Shown one piece after another: positions 1 to 8,949 of a stretch of DNA of 32,000 nt. Where the stretch lies: positions 5,070,001-5,102,000 of the forward strand of contig NZ_CP064923.1 of NCBI RefSeq assembly GCF_018336915.1, written 5' to 3'. Positions within the stretch are counted from its first letter, which is position 1, and every line of letters begins with the position of its first letter. Origin of the DNA: Acaryochloris marina S15 (lineage in GTDB: Bacteria; Cyanobacteriota; Cyanobacteriia; Thermosynechococcales; Thermosynechococcaceae). The notes under the pieces are model-generated. The model was not told the DNA's origin, did not search any database, and was given only the letters and a program-made list of their open reading frames with translations. A program made the position numbers and the translations under genes.

Positions 1-307
1 GCTCACTACGCAACGGAATATCCAAATCCTCCAACATCTGCAAAATATTGGCATAATCCAATTCCCAGGACAGAGAAAAACCCAATAGTTGGGGCTGTTG
101 GGGTAAGGGTTCATGGACATCTGTGAAAAGTCGGCTAACCTGTAGATCAGAGCGTGCACACAGCATGGCCCAAACGACCTGGAAGCCCAAACTAGTAATT
201 CCTACACAGTAAGTGTTTGGAAATGCGAAAATAAGCGGAAGCCTATTGGGTGTTGGCGTTCCTGGTGTAAACAATAATTGCTCTGATTGAAAGATTGAGG
301 TTGACAC
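1..307 (-). CDS. 5' part of a CDS running off the left window edge; N-terminus resembles B12-binding-domain radical SAM family proteins (product uncertain)
   Basis: Not in the supplied ORF track because it is open at the window edge. The minus-strand frame opens right after a TAA (308-310) with GTG at 307-305 and stays open to base 1 (102 codons): MSTSIFQSEQLLFTPGTPTPNRLPLIFAFPNTYCVGITSLGFQVVWAMLCARSDLQVSRLFTDVHEPLPQQPQLLGFSLSWELDYANILQMLEDLDIPLRSE. The order FPxxYxVGxSxLG then LGFSLSxELxYxNILxML matches my recollection of TIGR03960-like radical SAM N-termini. An alternative ATG start lies at 166. Confidence 0.4.
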   Translation of the reverse strand, partial: MSTSIFQSEQLLFTPGTPTPNRLPLIFAFPNTYCVGITSLGFQVVWAMLCARSDLQVSRLFTDVHEPLPQQPQLLGFSLSWELDYANILQMLEDLDIPLRSE

Positions 308-513
308 TTAAACTAGAGACACTTTGAGGTCTAGAAGAGGCTAATGTAACAGTATTTAGGTTTAAACATCTTTACATATGTGTTAGCTCTCCAACACTCT
401 CAGGTAAAAATAGCTTTAATACTATCGTCCAGGTGATGTATCTCTATTAGTCTCATGAATATGGGCAATATTTAGATACTGACTGACAAGGACCCCATCC
501 GTTAATTACGCAC

Positions 514-3063
514 ATGCCACAATCCCAACCCCAATTGCATTGTCCCAATCTCAGATGTCGAGCAGCCAACTCTGATCGAGATCAGTTTTGCCAAAAATGT
601 GGGACATACTTACCGAAACGCTTCCTTTGGGTTGTGGGCGCTCGTGCAGATAAATTTCAAGTCGGTGACCTGCTAGAAGATCGTTTTTTGTTTCGGGGTC
701 CCAGAGTTGTCTTTGATACGCAACCGGGCATCCCCCTCAAAATGAGTGTTGAGTTACCGGAGACCTTAGTCCCTTACCTAAAACTATTTCCCTATCGCCT
801 CCATCTACCTCAAATTTATACGCTCCTTTCTCTAGGAGATTCAGAACCTTCCCTCATCCTTTTACTAGAGCAAGCTCCCCTGGGCAATGCCGATCTAGAT
901 CCGAGTAACCAGGGTGGACTAGCCCTAGGAGCTGGCATGCCATTATTTGACGCTTGGGCAAATGCCCAACCCCTGCGTCAGCTTCATTGGCTCTGGCAGA
1001 TGGCTCAACTATGGCAACCCCTCCGGATTCAGGGTGTGGCATCGAGCTTATTGCAGCCTGACTTCTTGCGGGTCGAAGGACCGCTGTTTCGATTATTAGA
1101 ATTAGAAAATGATTTTCGCTTAGAACCCAGCCTGGCTGACCTAGGTTTAGTGTGGCAACAGCTCATCCCGAAAACCGGCGGTAAACTAGCCGACTCCCTA
1201 GATGGCCTCTGTGACCAATTAGCCAGCGGTGACATTGAATCAGCAGAAGAACTGCTCGCACAATTAGAAAGCTGGATTGAGAATGTCCACAAAGCCTATC
1301 GAGTCAAAATAGATATTGCCACTCGCACGGATACCGGCATGGTTCGCGAGCATAACGAAGATGCTTGCTATCCTGCCGACGGTGCAGTCACTCAAAACTC
1401 GCTAGAGCGGATGGCCATTGTTTGCGATGGAGTGGGGGGACATGCCGGTGGCGAAGTCGCATCCGGAATTGCCATCGAAGCCCTACGGGATCACCTCACT
1501 CAGTTGCCGATTGATGATCTCTCCCCTGCTGATGTCATCACAGAATTAGAAAATGCCTCCTTTAAGGCCAATGACCTCATTTGCCAGCGGAACGACCAAG
1601 AACAGCGCCAAGACCGGCAACGCATGGGAACTACGTTGGTAACTGCGTTATCCCAAACTCACCAAATTTATGTGTCTCATATTGGGGATAGTCGGGCTTA
1701 CCTGATCACAACCCAAGGCTGTTACCAAATCATGGTGGACGACGACATTGCGTCCCGTGAAGTGCGATTGGGGTATGTCCCTTACCGGGAAGCTCTACTC
1801 CAACCCGCTTCCGGATCTTTGGTTCAGGCCCTAGGAATGGCCTCTTCTTCAGTCTTGCGTCCGACGGTCCAGCGCTTCCTATTAGACGAAGACTGTTTAT
1901 TTCTGCTGTGCTCAGACGGTCTCAGTGATTACGATCGCATCGAGATGATTTGGCGAGAAGAGCTACTGCCACTCCTCCAAGGGGGCACAGACTTAGCCAG
2001 CACGAGCAAACGCCTAATCGAATTGGCCAATCAGCTCAATGGTCATGACAATGTTACCGTTGGCCTGGTGCATTGCCATGTAACCCGTCAACGCCAAGGC
2101 ACCGGTACCACTGGCTTAAACAGTGCGCCAACGGAAGCACCTGCCCCGGCAAATAGCACGGTCGATAACACTCCACCGACGGTCATACCCAAAACTCAAG
2201 TCGCCAGCGAAGCACCACAACCCCTGGCCCAGAAAGGTCGGGGAGGTGGATTTGGTTTATGGATTTTGTTGGGATTGCTTTTAGTAGGCGTTGGCGGTGC
2301 CGTTGCCTACCAGCTGGGCTTGCTCAAACTCCCTTTTCTGAATTCACCAGTCGCTGATTCTTCTTCATCACCCACGCCCACTACCAACTCACCGGACATT
2401 CCCCCACCTCCCCCAGATTTAGCTCAAGCCAAAAAGTTGGATGTCCTCCGATTAGTAGGCATAAATGACAATCCTATTGAGATCTCTATCGTTAAAGATC
2501 CGAAAGAACTCTTACAGGGCATTGGCGGAGTGGCCGATGCAGGAGAAGGTGAAGACGCAACGACTGAGTCTTCAGCCCAGCCAATCGCTTTAGGCTCTAA
2601 GATTTCCATTCCAAGTGACAGTTTGGTGGTTATTGATGGCATCTTTCCTCCATCCATCCCTACTGCCCCTGATAAGACTGCACCAGAAGCCCCGATCCAG
2701 GCCCTGCGAATTCGAACGTGCCAACCGGTAACAGACCAGTCAGAACAAGAAGGGGCAGGTATTCTGACGCCAGAGAAGTTAGATGAAAAACTGGAAAAAG
2801 AAGGGGCAGATCCAAGTGCTGATTCAGTCGCGCAACTCATCGATGAAAAGCTGAGTGATGAGAATCCAGACAGTGCATCAACAGCCACAGCATCCTCTCC
2901 CCAGATTGGCTGGGTGGATCGATCCCAGCTGGAATCGTTAGTCACAGAAATCATTCCTGCTGGCCAGCTCAATCCGGAACAGCAAAAGGCTTGTACGCCT
3001 GCTCCCTTGGAAGGCAAGGATATTCCAGCGGGCGCTCCTATTGGCTCAGATCCAGCCCCATGA
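514..3063 (+). CDS. Membrane-anchored PP2C (PPM) family Ser/Thr phosphatase with N-terminal 4-Cys zinc-ribbon prefix
   Basis: 849-aa ORF. N-terminal CPNLRC-x12-CQKCG zinc ribbon. PP2C motifs are REHNEDA, VCDGVGGHAGGEVAS, GTTLV, HIGDSRAY, LLCSDGLSD and HDNVTVGLV. One hydrophobic helix (FGLWILLGLLLVGVGGAVAY) is followed by a Pro/Ser-rich and acidic C-terminal region. Confidence 0.85.
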   Translation: MPQSQPQLHCPNLRCRAANSDRDQFCQKCGTYLPKRFLWVVGARADKFQVGDLLEDRFLFRGPRVVFDTQPGIPLKMSVELPETLVPYLKLFPYRLHLPQIYTLLSLGDSEPSLILLLEQAPLGNADLDPSNQGGLALGAGMPLFDAWANAQPLRQLHWLWQMAQLWQPLRIQGVASSLLQPDFLRVEGPLFRLLELENDFRLEPSLADLGLVWQQLIPKTGGKLADSLDGLCDQLASGDIESAEELLAQLESWIENVHKAYRVKIDIATRTDTGMVREHNEDACYPADGAVTQNSLERMAIVCDGVGGHAGGEVASGIAIEALRDHLTQLPIDDLSPADVITELENASFKANDLICQRNDQEQRQDRQRMGTTLVTALSQTHQIYVSHIGDSRAYLITTQGCYQIMVDDDIASREVRLGYVPYREALLQPASGSLVQALGMASSSVLRPTVQRFLLDEDCLFLLCSDGLSDYDRIEMIWREELLPLLQGGTDLASTSKRLIELANQLNGHDNVTVGLVHCHVTRQRQGTGTTGLNSAPTEAPAPANSTVDNTPPTVIPKTQVASEAPQPLAQKGRGGGFGLWILLGLLLVGVGGAVAYQLGLLKLPFLNSPVADSSSSPTPTTNSPDIPPPPPDLAQAKKLDVLRLVGINDNPIEISIVKDPKELLQGIGGVADAGEGEDATTESSAQPIALGSKISIPSDSLVVIDGIFPPSIPTAPDKTAPEAPIQALRIRTCQPVTDQSEQEGAGILTPEKLDEKLEKEGADPSADSVAQLIDEKLSDENPDSASTATASSPQIGWVDRSQLESLVTEIIPAGQLNPEQQKACTPAPLEGKDIPAGAPIGSDPAP

Positions 3064-4097
3064 GTTATCAGTCTGATGTGCTGGAACAACCCCAAGTTCT
3101 ACGCACGCTTATTCACACCTATCAGCACCATAAAGTTTGGTCTCTCTTAGCTGCATATCCCCAGAGATCTATCCTCCTCACAGGTATGGGGGCTTCCTAC
3201 AATGCCCTCTATCCCGCTTGGTTTTACTTAAATCAGCAGGGTAAGACCGCCTTACATCTCGAAACATCTGCTTTAATTCACTACCTTCCTACTCTGCTAG
3301 AGGGACCGAGCATTATCGTGGCTGTCTCTCAATCTGGAGAGAGTATTGAAATCCAGAAATTAGTGGAGCAAATTGAATCTCATCGTCATCACAATGCACA
3401 GTCCCCTGTGCTGATTAGCGTTACGAACTCCGCCCAAAATACGTTGGCAGACCATAGCGATGTTGCTTTGCCCACTGCAGCCGGCCCAGAAGTGGGTATT
3501 GCGACAAAAACCTATACCAGTTCGATGTTAGTGCTTCACTTTATCGCCAGGGCATTAGTCGGTCAGCTGCAACCTCAAGATTTTGAGTACGGGGATGCGA
3601 TCGCATCCCATACCCAAACCTTTCTGAAAGAAAGTCAAACCGACATTTCCACAGCGTTTAATACCCTAAAAGCGAGTACCTATATCAGCATTATTGGCCG
3701 TGGTCCGGCCTTGGCAACCGCAAACAATGCCGCCTTGATGCTCAAAGAAGGGGTTCGCTTACCTGCTGAGGGCTATTCAGGGGGTCAGTTTCGCCATGGC
3801 CCCAGAGAAATGATCGTTCCTCAGATTGGCTCGATCGTCTTAACCAGCCCTGATACCACTCTGGGCATCAATCAACGCCTTGCATCCGATATTTTAGATT
3901 ATGGGGGGCAAGTGGTTTGTATCGGCCAGCCCACCGTAGGTACAACCCATATTTCACTGCCCGAGATTGAGGACGTTTTCCTTCATCCCCTGTTAGAAAT
4001 TTTGCCCATTCAGCTATTGGTTGCCCAGTTGGCGAATCAACAGAATATGACACCTGGAGAATTTCGCTGGTCTGGAAAAGTCGTTGATCAGGAATAG
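3060..4097 (+). CDS. SIS-domain sugar-phosphate isomerase/aminotransferase-like protein (GlmS isomerase-domain-like, no glutaminase domain)
   Basis: I place the start at ATG 3060, which overlaps the upstream stop as ATGA (3060-3063). The 2991 start in the ORF track would add 23 residues overlapping the PP2C gene. There are two SIS subdomains: LTGMGASYNA ... VSQSGESIE and IIGRGPALATANNAALMLKEGVRLPAEGYSGGQFRHGP. Confidence 0.8.
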   Translation: MSYQSDVLEQPQVLRTLIHTYQHHKVWSLLAAYPQRSILLTGMGASYNALYPAWFYLNQQGKTALHLETSALIHYLPTLLEGPSIIVAVSQSGESIEIQKLVEQIESHRHHNAQSPVLISVTNSAQNTLADHSDVALPTAAGPEVGIATKTYTSSMLVLHFIARALVGQLQPQDFEYGDAIASHTQTFLKESQTDISTAFNTLKASTYISIIGRGPALATANNAALMLKEGVRLPAEGYSGGQFRHGPREMIVPQIGSIVLTSPDTTLGINQRLASDILDYGGQVVCIGQPTVGTTHISLPEIEDVFLHPLLEILPIQLLVAQLANQQNMTPGEFRWSGKVVDQE

Positions 4098-4100
4098 TCC

Positions 4101-4140
4101 TTAAAAAATAAACGCCCCCAAATGTTTGGAGGCGCTTATT
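4101..4140. terminator. Bidirectional intrinsic terminator between the convergent SIS and apcB-like genes
   Basis: Stem AACGCCCCC (4111-4119) / GGAGGCGCT (4128-4136) with an 8-nt loop. On the minus strand the hairpin is followed by TTTATTTTTT (complement of 4101-4110). On the plus strand it is followed by a weaker TATT. Confidence 0.6.
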
Positions 4141-4176
4141 AAATCTCAAGTCGTTCAGCAATTAAATCTGCCAAGC

Positions 4177-4653
4177 TTAGCTCAAGCCTGCACAGAGATG
4201 CTCAAAATAGGGGCTCATCTCACGTCCTGCTGCAGGACCCACTACTTCACTGGCAACCTCATTCATGGCCCGAATGGCCTTGATAGTCGCAGTGAGAGAC
4301 ACGCCCAAAGCTAGGTATGTTTCTTTGAGACCATTCAGCACTCGCTCATCCAAAATGGCCGTATCACCAGCAACCATTGCGTAGGTTGCATAGCGAAGAT
4401 AAAAATCTAGATCCCGTACACATGCCGCATAACGACGGGTCGTTGGCAAAGCATCGCTACCCGATACATCCAAGGATTTAGCAACCGCCTCTTTGACAAT
4501 TTCTGCTGCGTTGTCGCGGATGATAGCAGCGGCCTCAACTCTCGGTTCATCAATTTGGAAGCTATGCTTGAGCTGCTGTAAAGCACCACCATCAATGTAT
4601 TTGCCTTGAAGGTCAAATGAGGTAATCACAGAGGTGATTGTGTTTTCCATCAT
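4177..4653 (-). CDS. apcB: Allophycocyanin beta-subunit-like phycobiliprotein (divergent, monocistronic)
   Basis: 158 aa. Long stretches match my recollection of ApcB: [52 protein letters not shown] (bilin-binding Cys) and [14 protein letters not shown]. An AAGGAAG Shine-Dalgarno (SD) sequence lies upstream of the ATG. The terminator is at 4101-4140. Confidence 0.85.
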   Translation of the reverse strand: MMENTITSVITSFDLQGKYIDGGALQQLKHSFQIDEPRVEAAAIIRDNAAEIVKEAVAKSLDVSGSDALPTTRRYAACVRDLDFYLRYATYAMVAGDTAILDERVLNGLKETYLALGVSLTATIKAIRAMNEVASEVVGPAAGREMSPYFEHLCAGLS

Positions 4654-5222
4654 TATTTAACTTCCTTACCTGCTTCCTTGTTAAATGTCGATAAAATCTA
4701 AAAAAATTAAAAGCTTTATAGCTCTACATTGACCAGAAGCCAGAGCTAACATTGCTACTGGTTAAACATTCGCAGTAAACCAATGCTGCTGTGATAAACG
4801 GATGCAGATACTATCAAATCTATAAACCACACCTTCTATAGTAACCTGAGACCGAGCAGAACGCTTTAGATTGGATCTATTTTGTTCATGGCTTAAAAGT
4901 CTTCAAAGACCATTTTCAGATAAGACGGTCACCATCACAGGCTAGCTGTAACAGTTTTTAATATTCTATTAAACATCCCTTCACTCAGTATTATTGGCAG
5001 CTCAAGACAGTTCTCTAGGGGCAAATTCTATGGTCCAAGTCTACAGGACTCAGCTGTGACAGCTGGTGATCTCGATTCAACTCAATCGATTTCTCTAGAG
5101 TGAGAAGGCCAGTGGTATTTGAGCGTTAGTCATCCATCACACCCTCTCCCAACCCAGCATGAAAACAGCTATAGTTCTTGTGGCTGTATTGGGGCATATG
5201 CTCCTTCTTAAGACCTCTAGCT

Positions 5223-6422
5223 ATGACTCACTCCACTAGTTCAAATGGTCCCCACCCTCTGTTGAAAGCAGCTCTGGGGACGTTGGATATGACTGTTGAA
5301 TCTGAAATGTCTCTGTTTCGCCAGCATCAGACTCTGGCGGAGTTGCCTCACAATATAGAGGAAGAGGCCAGTAAACCACAGATGCTACCTGAGACGTCAC
5401 AGTCAGAGGCGAGAGCCGCCGAGGAACCCCTGGCTGACAATGCATCACAAGACGCTATCCCTGCTGCATTAGAGCTAGAAGATGTTGCAGAGGATCTCAC
5501 CCCATCTGAACTCGCACTATTCCAGGTTGAAACCGAATCCGCTGTTGATTCAGAGAACAGTGAGACAAACCTGGAACAACAAGAAGCAGTATTAGAACCT
5601 TCACCCAGATTTAAGCGTTCTGCTGACGTTGCTGGAGCACCGTTGCCCTCTGAGACAGCCGAGAATGATCCTCATGTTTCTAAACTAGACCCAGCTATTG
5701 AAGACTATCTCGATTCTTCCACAGCCTTACGTCAGCATCTTGAAGATGCTGTTGCTGAACCTGAGACGCCACCAGAAACCAATAACAATCCTTTTACCCC
5801 CAAAAAAATTATGTTCCTCCTGGGGGGTAGCATTGTGGGAGCATTTATCGTGGTGCTGTTTCTCAATGTCACGGGCTTACGCAATAAACTATGGCCACCC
5901 AAACAGCCTCGGCCATCTGCACAAGTTCCAGATTCCAGTCCATCTCAAGCGTCCAGTCCTCCAACCGTTAAGCCCAGAGAGTCGACTACTGCGACCACGT
6001 CACCACCAGGGCCCGACTTATCTAAAAAGGAGTTTTCTGATGTCAACTTGGAGAGCTTGAGTCGCCTTGAGCCTAAGCCTAGTGCATCCCCCTCTCCAGC
6101 ATCTCCTGCCGCCAGCCCAACCCCTAAGCCTCCAAAACCGACTAGCGAAACTCCAAAACCATCAGCGACACTATCCCAGGAGCCTGCTCCCATTTTGAAG
6201 AATCAGACATCAGAGACAGGCTTGTTTTATGTGGTGATTCCTTATAACAATGCAGCCTCTCTCCAGAAAACCCAAAAACTAGTACCCACTGCTTTCCTGA
6301 CAAATGGTACAGGGGGTCAGCAGGTGCAAGCAGGGGCCCTAGAGTCCATAGAAGCAGCAAAGCGGTTAGCGAAACGACTCCGATCCAAGGGGCTGTCTGC
6401 CGCTATTATTGCCCCAAATTAA
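5223..6422 (+). CDS. Single-pass membrane protein with acidic N-terminus, Pro/Ser-rich linker and SPOR-like C-terminal domain
   Basis: The ORF track begins at TTG 5178; I prefer ATG 5223 (MTHSTSS...). TM helix IMFLLGGSIVGAFIVVLFLNV. The C-terminal ~70 aa (GLFYVVIPYNNAASLQKTQKLV...VQAGALESIEAAKRLAKRLRSKGLSAAII) resemble the SPOR beta-alpha-beta-beta repeat pattern. The domain call is tentative. Confidence 0.55.
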   Translation: MTHSTSSNGPHPLLKAALGTLDMTVESEMSLFRQHQTLAELPHNIEEEASKPQMLPETSQSEARAAEEPLADNASQDAIPAALELEDVAEDLTPSELALFQVETESAVDSENSETNLEQQEAVLEPSPRFKRSADVAGAPLPSETAENDPHVSKLDPAIEDYLDSSTALRQHLEDAVAEPETPPETNNNPFTPKKIMFLLGGSIVGAFIVVLFLNVTGLRNKLWPPKQPRPSAQVPDSSPSQASSPPTVKPRESTTATTSPPGPDLSKKEFSDVNLESLSRLEPKPSASPSPASPAASPTPKPPKPTSETPKPSATLSQEPAPILKNQTSETGLFYVVIPYNNAASLQKTQKLVPTAFLTNGTGGQQVQAGALESIEAAKRLAKRLRSKGLSAAIIAPN

Positions 6423-6439
6423 ATTAATCACCGAAGAGC

Positions 6440-8434
6440 CTAACTTGCCTTAGCTAAGGGAGAAAGGGGCGCGGGTGGCATAGACCTGGCTCCATTGGCA
6501 GAGTCACTCGATTCAGGCAATAGAAATTCTCGAATAATCCTGGCCAGTGCTTTTTGTAGAAGACCTGTAGCAATTTGTTGGCCTAGGGCTTGGGTTTCAG
6601 GCTTAATCAACAAAGGAGGAACCACGCTGGCGAGCTTGACAGGGTCAAAACCAGGCGTCTCTTGCAATAGTCCAAAAATACGTTGGATATGACCAAAATT
6701 AGCTTCTAAGTCCGCCACCGATGCTTCATCGACCTCCCATCCCATTTGCTCTCGGAATTTAGCCGTCAACCCATGCCAAGTGGTCTGTCCAAAGGCATCG
6801 ATACCATTGACGAGTTCTTGAGCCATCCGATCGCGGATCAGTTCCCCCCGTTCCGAGAACAGGTAATCGAGTGCTTGGTCCAGAGAGCCACTGAGATCAT
6901 AATCAAAGTTGCTACGGGCATTTTTCATCAAGTTTTCGAGGCGGTTCCAACGAAAACTGTTTTCCTTAAACAGTAAGTCTTTCAAACTTTCCCGGAGTTC
7001 AGGAGCGGGATCCGTCAGAATACGCTTGGCAACGTAGGGATAGGCTGCGCTCAAGACCTTAAATTCTTTATCAACCCCAATAGCAATCCCTTCCATGGTG
7101 AGTAAGGAGCGCACAATCAGGGCGTAGTAGGAAGGCACCCGAAACGGGTACTCGTACATAATTTCAGACAGCTGATCAAAAATGCTCTGAATATTGAGTT
7201 CTGCAACGCTAGCCCCTAGGGCGTTGTTAAAGACCACTCCCAAAGCCGGAATAATAGGCTCTAAATTCGTTTCTGGAGTTAGGAAGCCTAGGTGCACATA
7301 GTCATGGGCTAGGGCTTCAAATTCACGATTAATGATGTGGACGATGGCGTTAATAAGGCCATAACGTTGCTCAAGCTTGATTTCGCTCATCATGCCGAAA
7401 TCGAGATAGGCCAACTTGCCATCAGGCGTGGCCAGCAAGTTACCCGGATGAGGATCAGCATGGAAAAAGCCATGCTCTAGAAGCTGGCGCAAGGAGCAGT
7501 TGACGCCGACATCGATCAGGTGACGAGCATCAATGCCCTGGGCCTGAATCTTCTCAGGTTGATTGAGCTTTGTCCCCGTGATCCACTCCATGGTTAGGAC
7601 CCGACGATTGGTATATTCCCAATAAATTTTGGGGATATAGATCTCAGGAAGATACTCATACAGATGGGCAAATCGCTCAGCATTGCGACCTTCCTGGGTA
7701 TAGTCAACTTCTTCGAAGAGGCGTCCCGCAAATTCATCAAGAATGCCGACTAAGTCGCTGCGGATGGATTTATTATTCTTTTGCACCCAGGCGGCTAAGC
7801 CCCTCAAGATATAGATGTCGAGGGTCACCTGCTCCGCTAGATCAGGGCGCTGGACTTTAACTGCCACCCATTCTCCAGAGTGCAATTGCCCCTTGTAGAC
7901 TTGCCCCAGGGAGGCAGCCGCAATGGGGTCTGGGGTTAATTGGGCATACAGGTCTTGGGGCGGACGACCGAGTTCTTCTTCGATAAATCGATAGGCAATA
8001 TCGTTTGAAAAAGCCGGCAGCTGGTCCTGAAGTTTGGATAATTCTTCTAAAAATGGTCCAGTCAGAATATCAGGGCGTGTCGATAAGGCTTGGCCAATTT
8101 TGATAAAGGCTGGACCTAAGGCTGTTAGCGTTTCCCTCAACTGCACAGCCCGTCGTTTTTGCCGTTTCGGAGAAGTCGGTGTTCGCTTATCCCACCAACG
8201 CCGGACAAAAAGCAAGAGAAAAGGCCATAGGATGGTAATCCATCGCTGGAGAACTCGAAAAATCTGACCTTGGAATTTTTGCTGAATCTTAGCTGGATCG
8301 TAAGCCTCAAATTCTATGGCAGAGGTGAGGTTCGAGGGGGTTTCAGTGGCCACGGCTACCCCAGGAAAATCTGCCGTCGATGGGGCAGCGGGCAGAGATG
8401 GGGACTGCTGGGATGTCGGGTCAGCCAAGGTCAT
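6440..8434 (-). CDS. ABC1/UbiB (AarF) atypical kinase family protein
   Basis: 664 aa. Typical ABC1 motifs are LGPAFIKIGQALSTRPD, PIAAASLGQVYKGQL..GEWVAVKVQRP, FHADPHPGNL and LAYLDFGMM. Confidence 0.9.
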   Translation of the reverse strand: MTLADPTSQQSPSLPAAPSTADFPGVAVATETPSNLTSAIEFEAYDPAKIQQKFQGQIFRVLQRWITILWPFLLLFVRRWWDKRTPTSPKRQKRRAVQLRETLTALGPAFIKIGQALSTRPDILTGPFLEELSKLQDQLPAFSNDIAYRFIEEELGRPPQDLYAQLTPDPIAAASLGQVYKGQLHSGEWVAVKVQRPDLAEQVTLDIYILRGLAAWVQKNNKSIRSDLVGILDEFAGRLFEEVDYTQEGRNAERFAHLYEYLPEIYIPKIYWEYTNRRVLTMEWITGTKLNQPEKIQAQGIDARHLIDVGVNCSLRQLLEHGFFHADPHPGNLLATPDGKLAYLDFGMMSEIKLEQRYGLINAIVHIINREFEALAHDYVHLGFLTPETNLEPIIPALGVVFNNALGASVAELNIQSIFDQLSEIMYEYPFRVPSYYALIVRSLLTMEGIAIGVDKEFKVLSAAYPYVAKRILTDPAPELRESLKDLLFKENSFRWNRLENLMKNARSNFDYDLSGSLDQALDYLFSERGELIRDRMAQELVNGIDAFGQTTWHGLTAKFREQMGWEVDEASVADLEANFGHIQRIFGLLQETPGFDPVKLASVVPPLLIKPETQALGQQIATGLLQKALARIIREFLLPESSDSANGARSMPPAPLSPLAKAS

Positions 8435-8768
8435 GGGTGCGAAGATCTAGGACGATATTGCTTAGACGTATCGACTGGTCATGGCATTGGCCAGGGTAAG
8501 ATACTGCCTCTTGTAAAGCATTGTAACAATTAAGCTGTCTTTCTGTTGGGATCAGACACTTTGCGGAGGGTTGGCAGCATCGACTTGCGATCGCAAACCG
8601 GCATTAAACCCAAACGTCTTGACCGGCAACCCCAATCAACCAAGGATTGTTATCGAGCATTATGTTGCTCAACTAAAAAAACAATTAAGAAATGATCTTG
8701 TCCACCAGGATTAGGCACTCAGGCCATTGATCAATAGTGTAAGCTAGGCGGGCTTTACAGCCTTATTT

Positions 8769-8797
8769 TTGACAACTGAATGGCCTTAGCTAAAAAT
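8769..8797 (+). promoter_or_regulatory. Candidate sigma70-type promoter for nrdJ
   Basis: TTGACA (8769-8774), a 16-17 nt spacer, then TAAAAAT (8791-8797). The NrdR-box-like sites lie just downstream. This is motif inspection only. Confidence 0.3.
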
Positions 8798-8825
8798 GTT
8801 TGCACTGAAGTGTCAGAAGAGCAAA

Positions 8826-8873
8826 TAAGCATATATAGTGTTTATCTATGGTCAATGACCACACATATAGTGC
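8826..8873. promoter_or_regulatory. Tandem pair of NrdR-box-like sites upstream of nrdJ
   Basis: TAAGCATATATAGTGT (8826-8841) matches the remembered NrdR-box consensus ACACTATATATAGTGT at 12 of 16 positions. ACCACACATATAGTGC (8858-8873) matches at 11 of 16. Center-to-center spacing is 32 bp, about three helical turns. Confidence 0.55.
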
Positions 8874-8949
8874 TTATAGAAGATTATTTTGAACACGGCT
8901 AGCTAGCTACCCTGGATAAGCTGGATAGCCATGCAATACTTGGAAAACT

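Noticed and set aside
2991-3059. N-terminal extension of the SIS ORF (MYACSLGRQGYSSGRSYWLRSSP) from the ORF track
   Set aside because: It overlaps the PP2C coding region by 73 nt (2991-3063) and has no family-like sequence. ATG 3060 forms a classic ATGA stop-start overlap and begins the conserved part.
2424-3095. 223-aa minus-strand ORF, with similar long antisense ORFs at 13974-14264, 15581-15982, 20827-21132, 22862-23191, 23687-24049 and 24843-25166
   Set aside because: All lie entirely antisense to long ORFs that carry clear family motifs. Their translations are low-complexity or Ser/Arg/Pro-rich shadow frames with no recognisable domains.
4126-4314. 62-aa plus-strand ORF
   Set aside because: It starts inside the terminator hairpin and runs antisense through the 3' end of the apcB-like gene, so it is almost certainly spurious.
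5159-5239. 26-codon ORF (MKTAIVLVAVLGHMLLLKTSSYDSLH) with a signal-peptide-like look just upstream of and overlapping the 5223 start
   Set aside because: It is too short and unsupported, with no ribosome-binding site and an overlap in another frame with the start of the larger gene. I noted it only as a possible upstream ORF.
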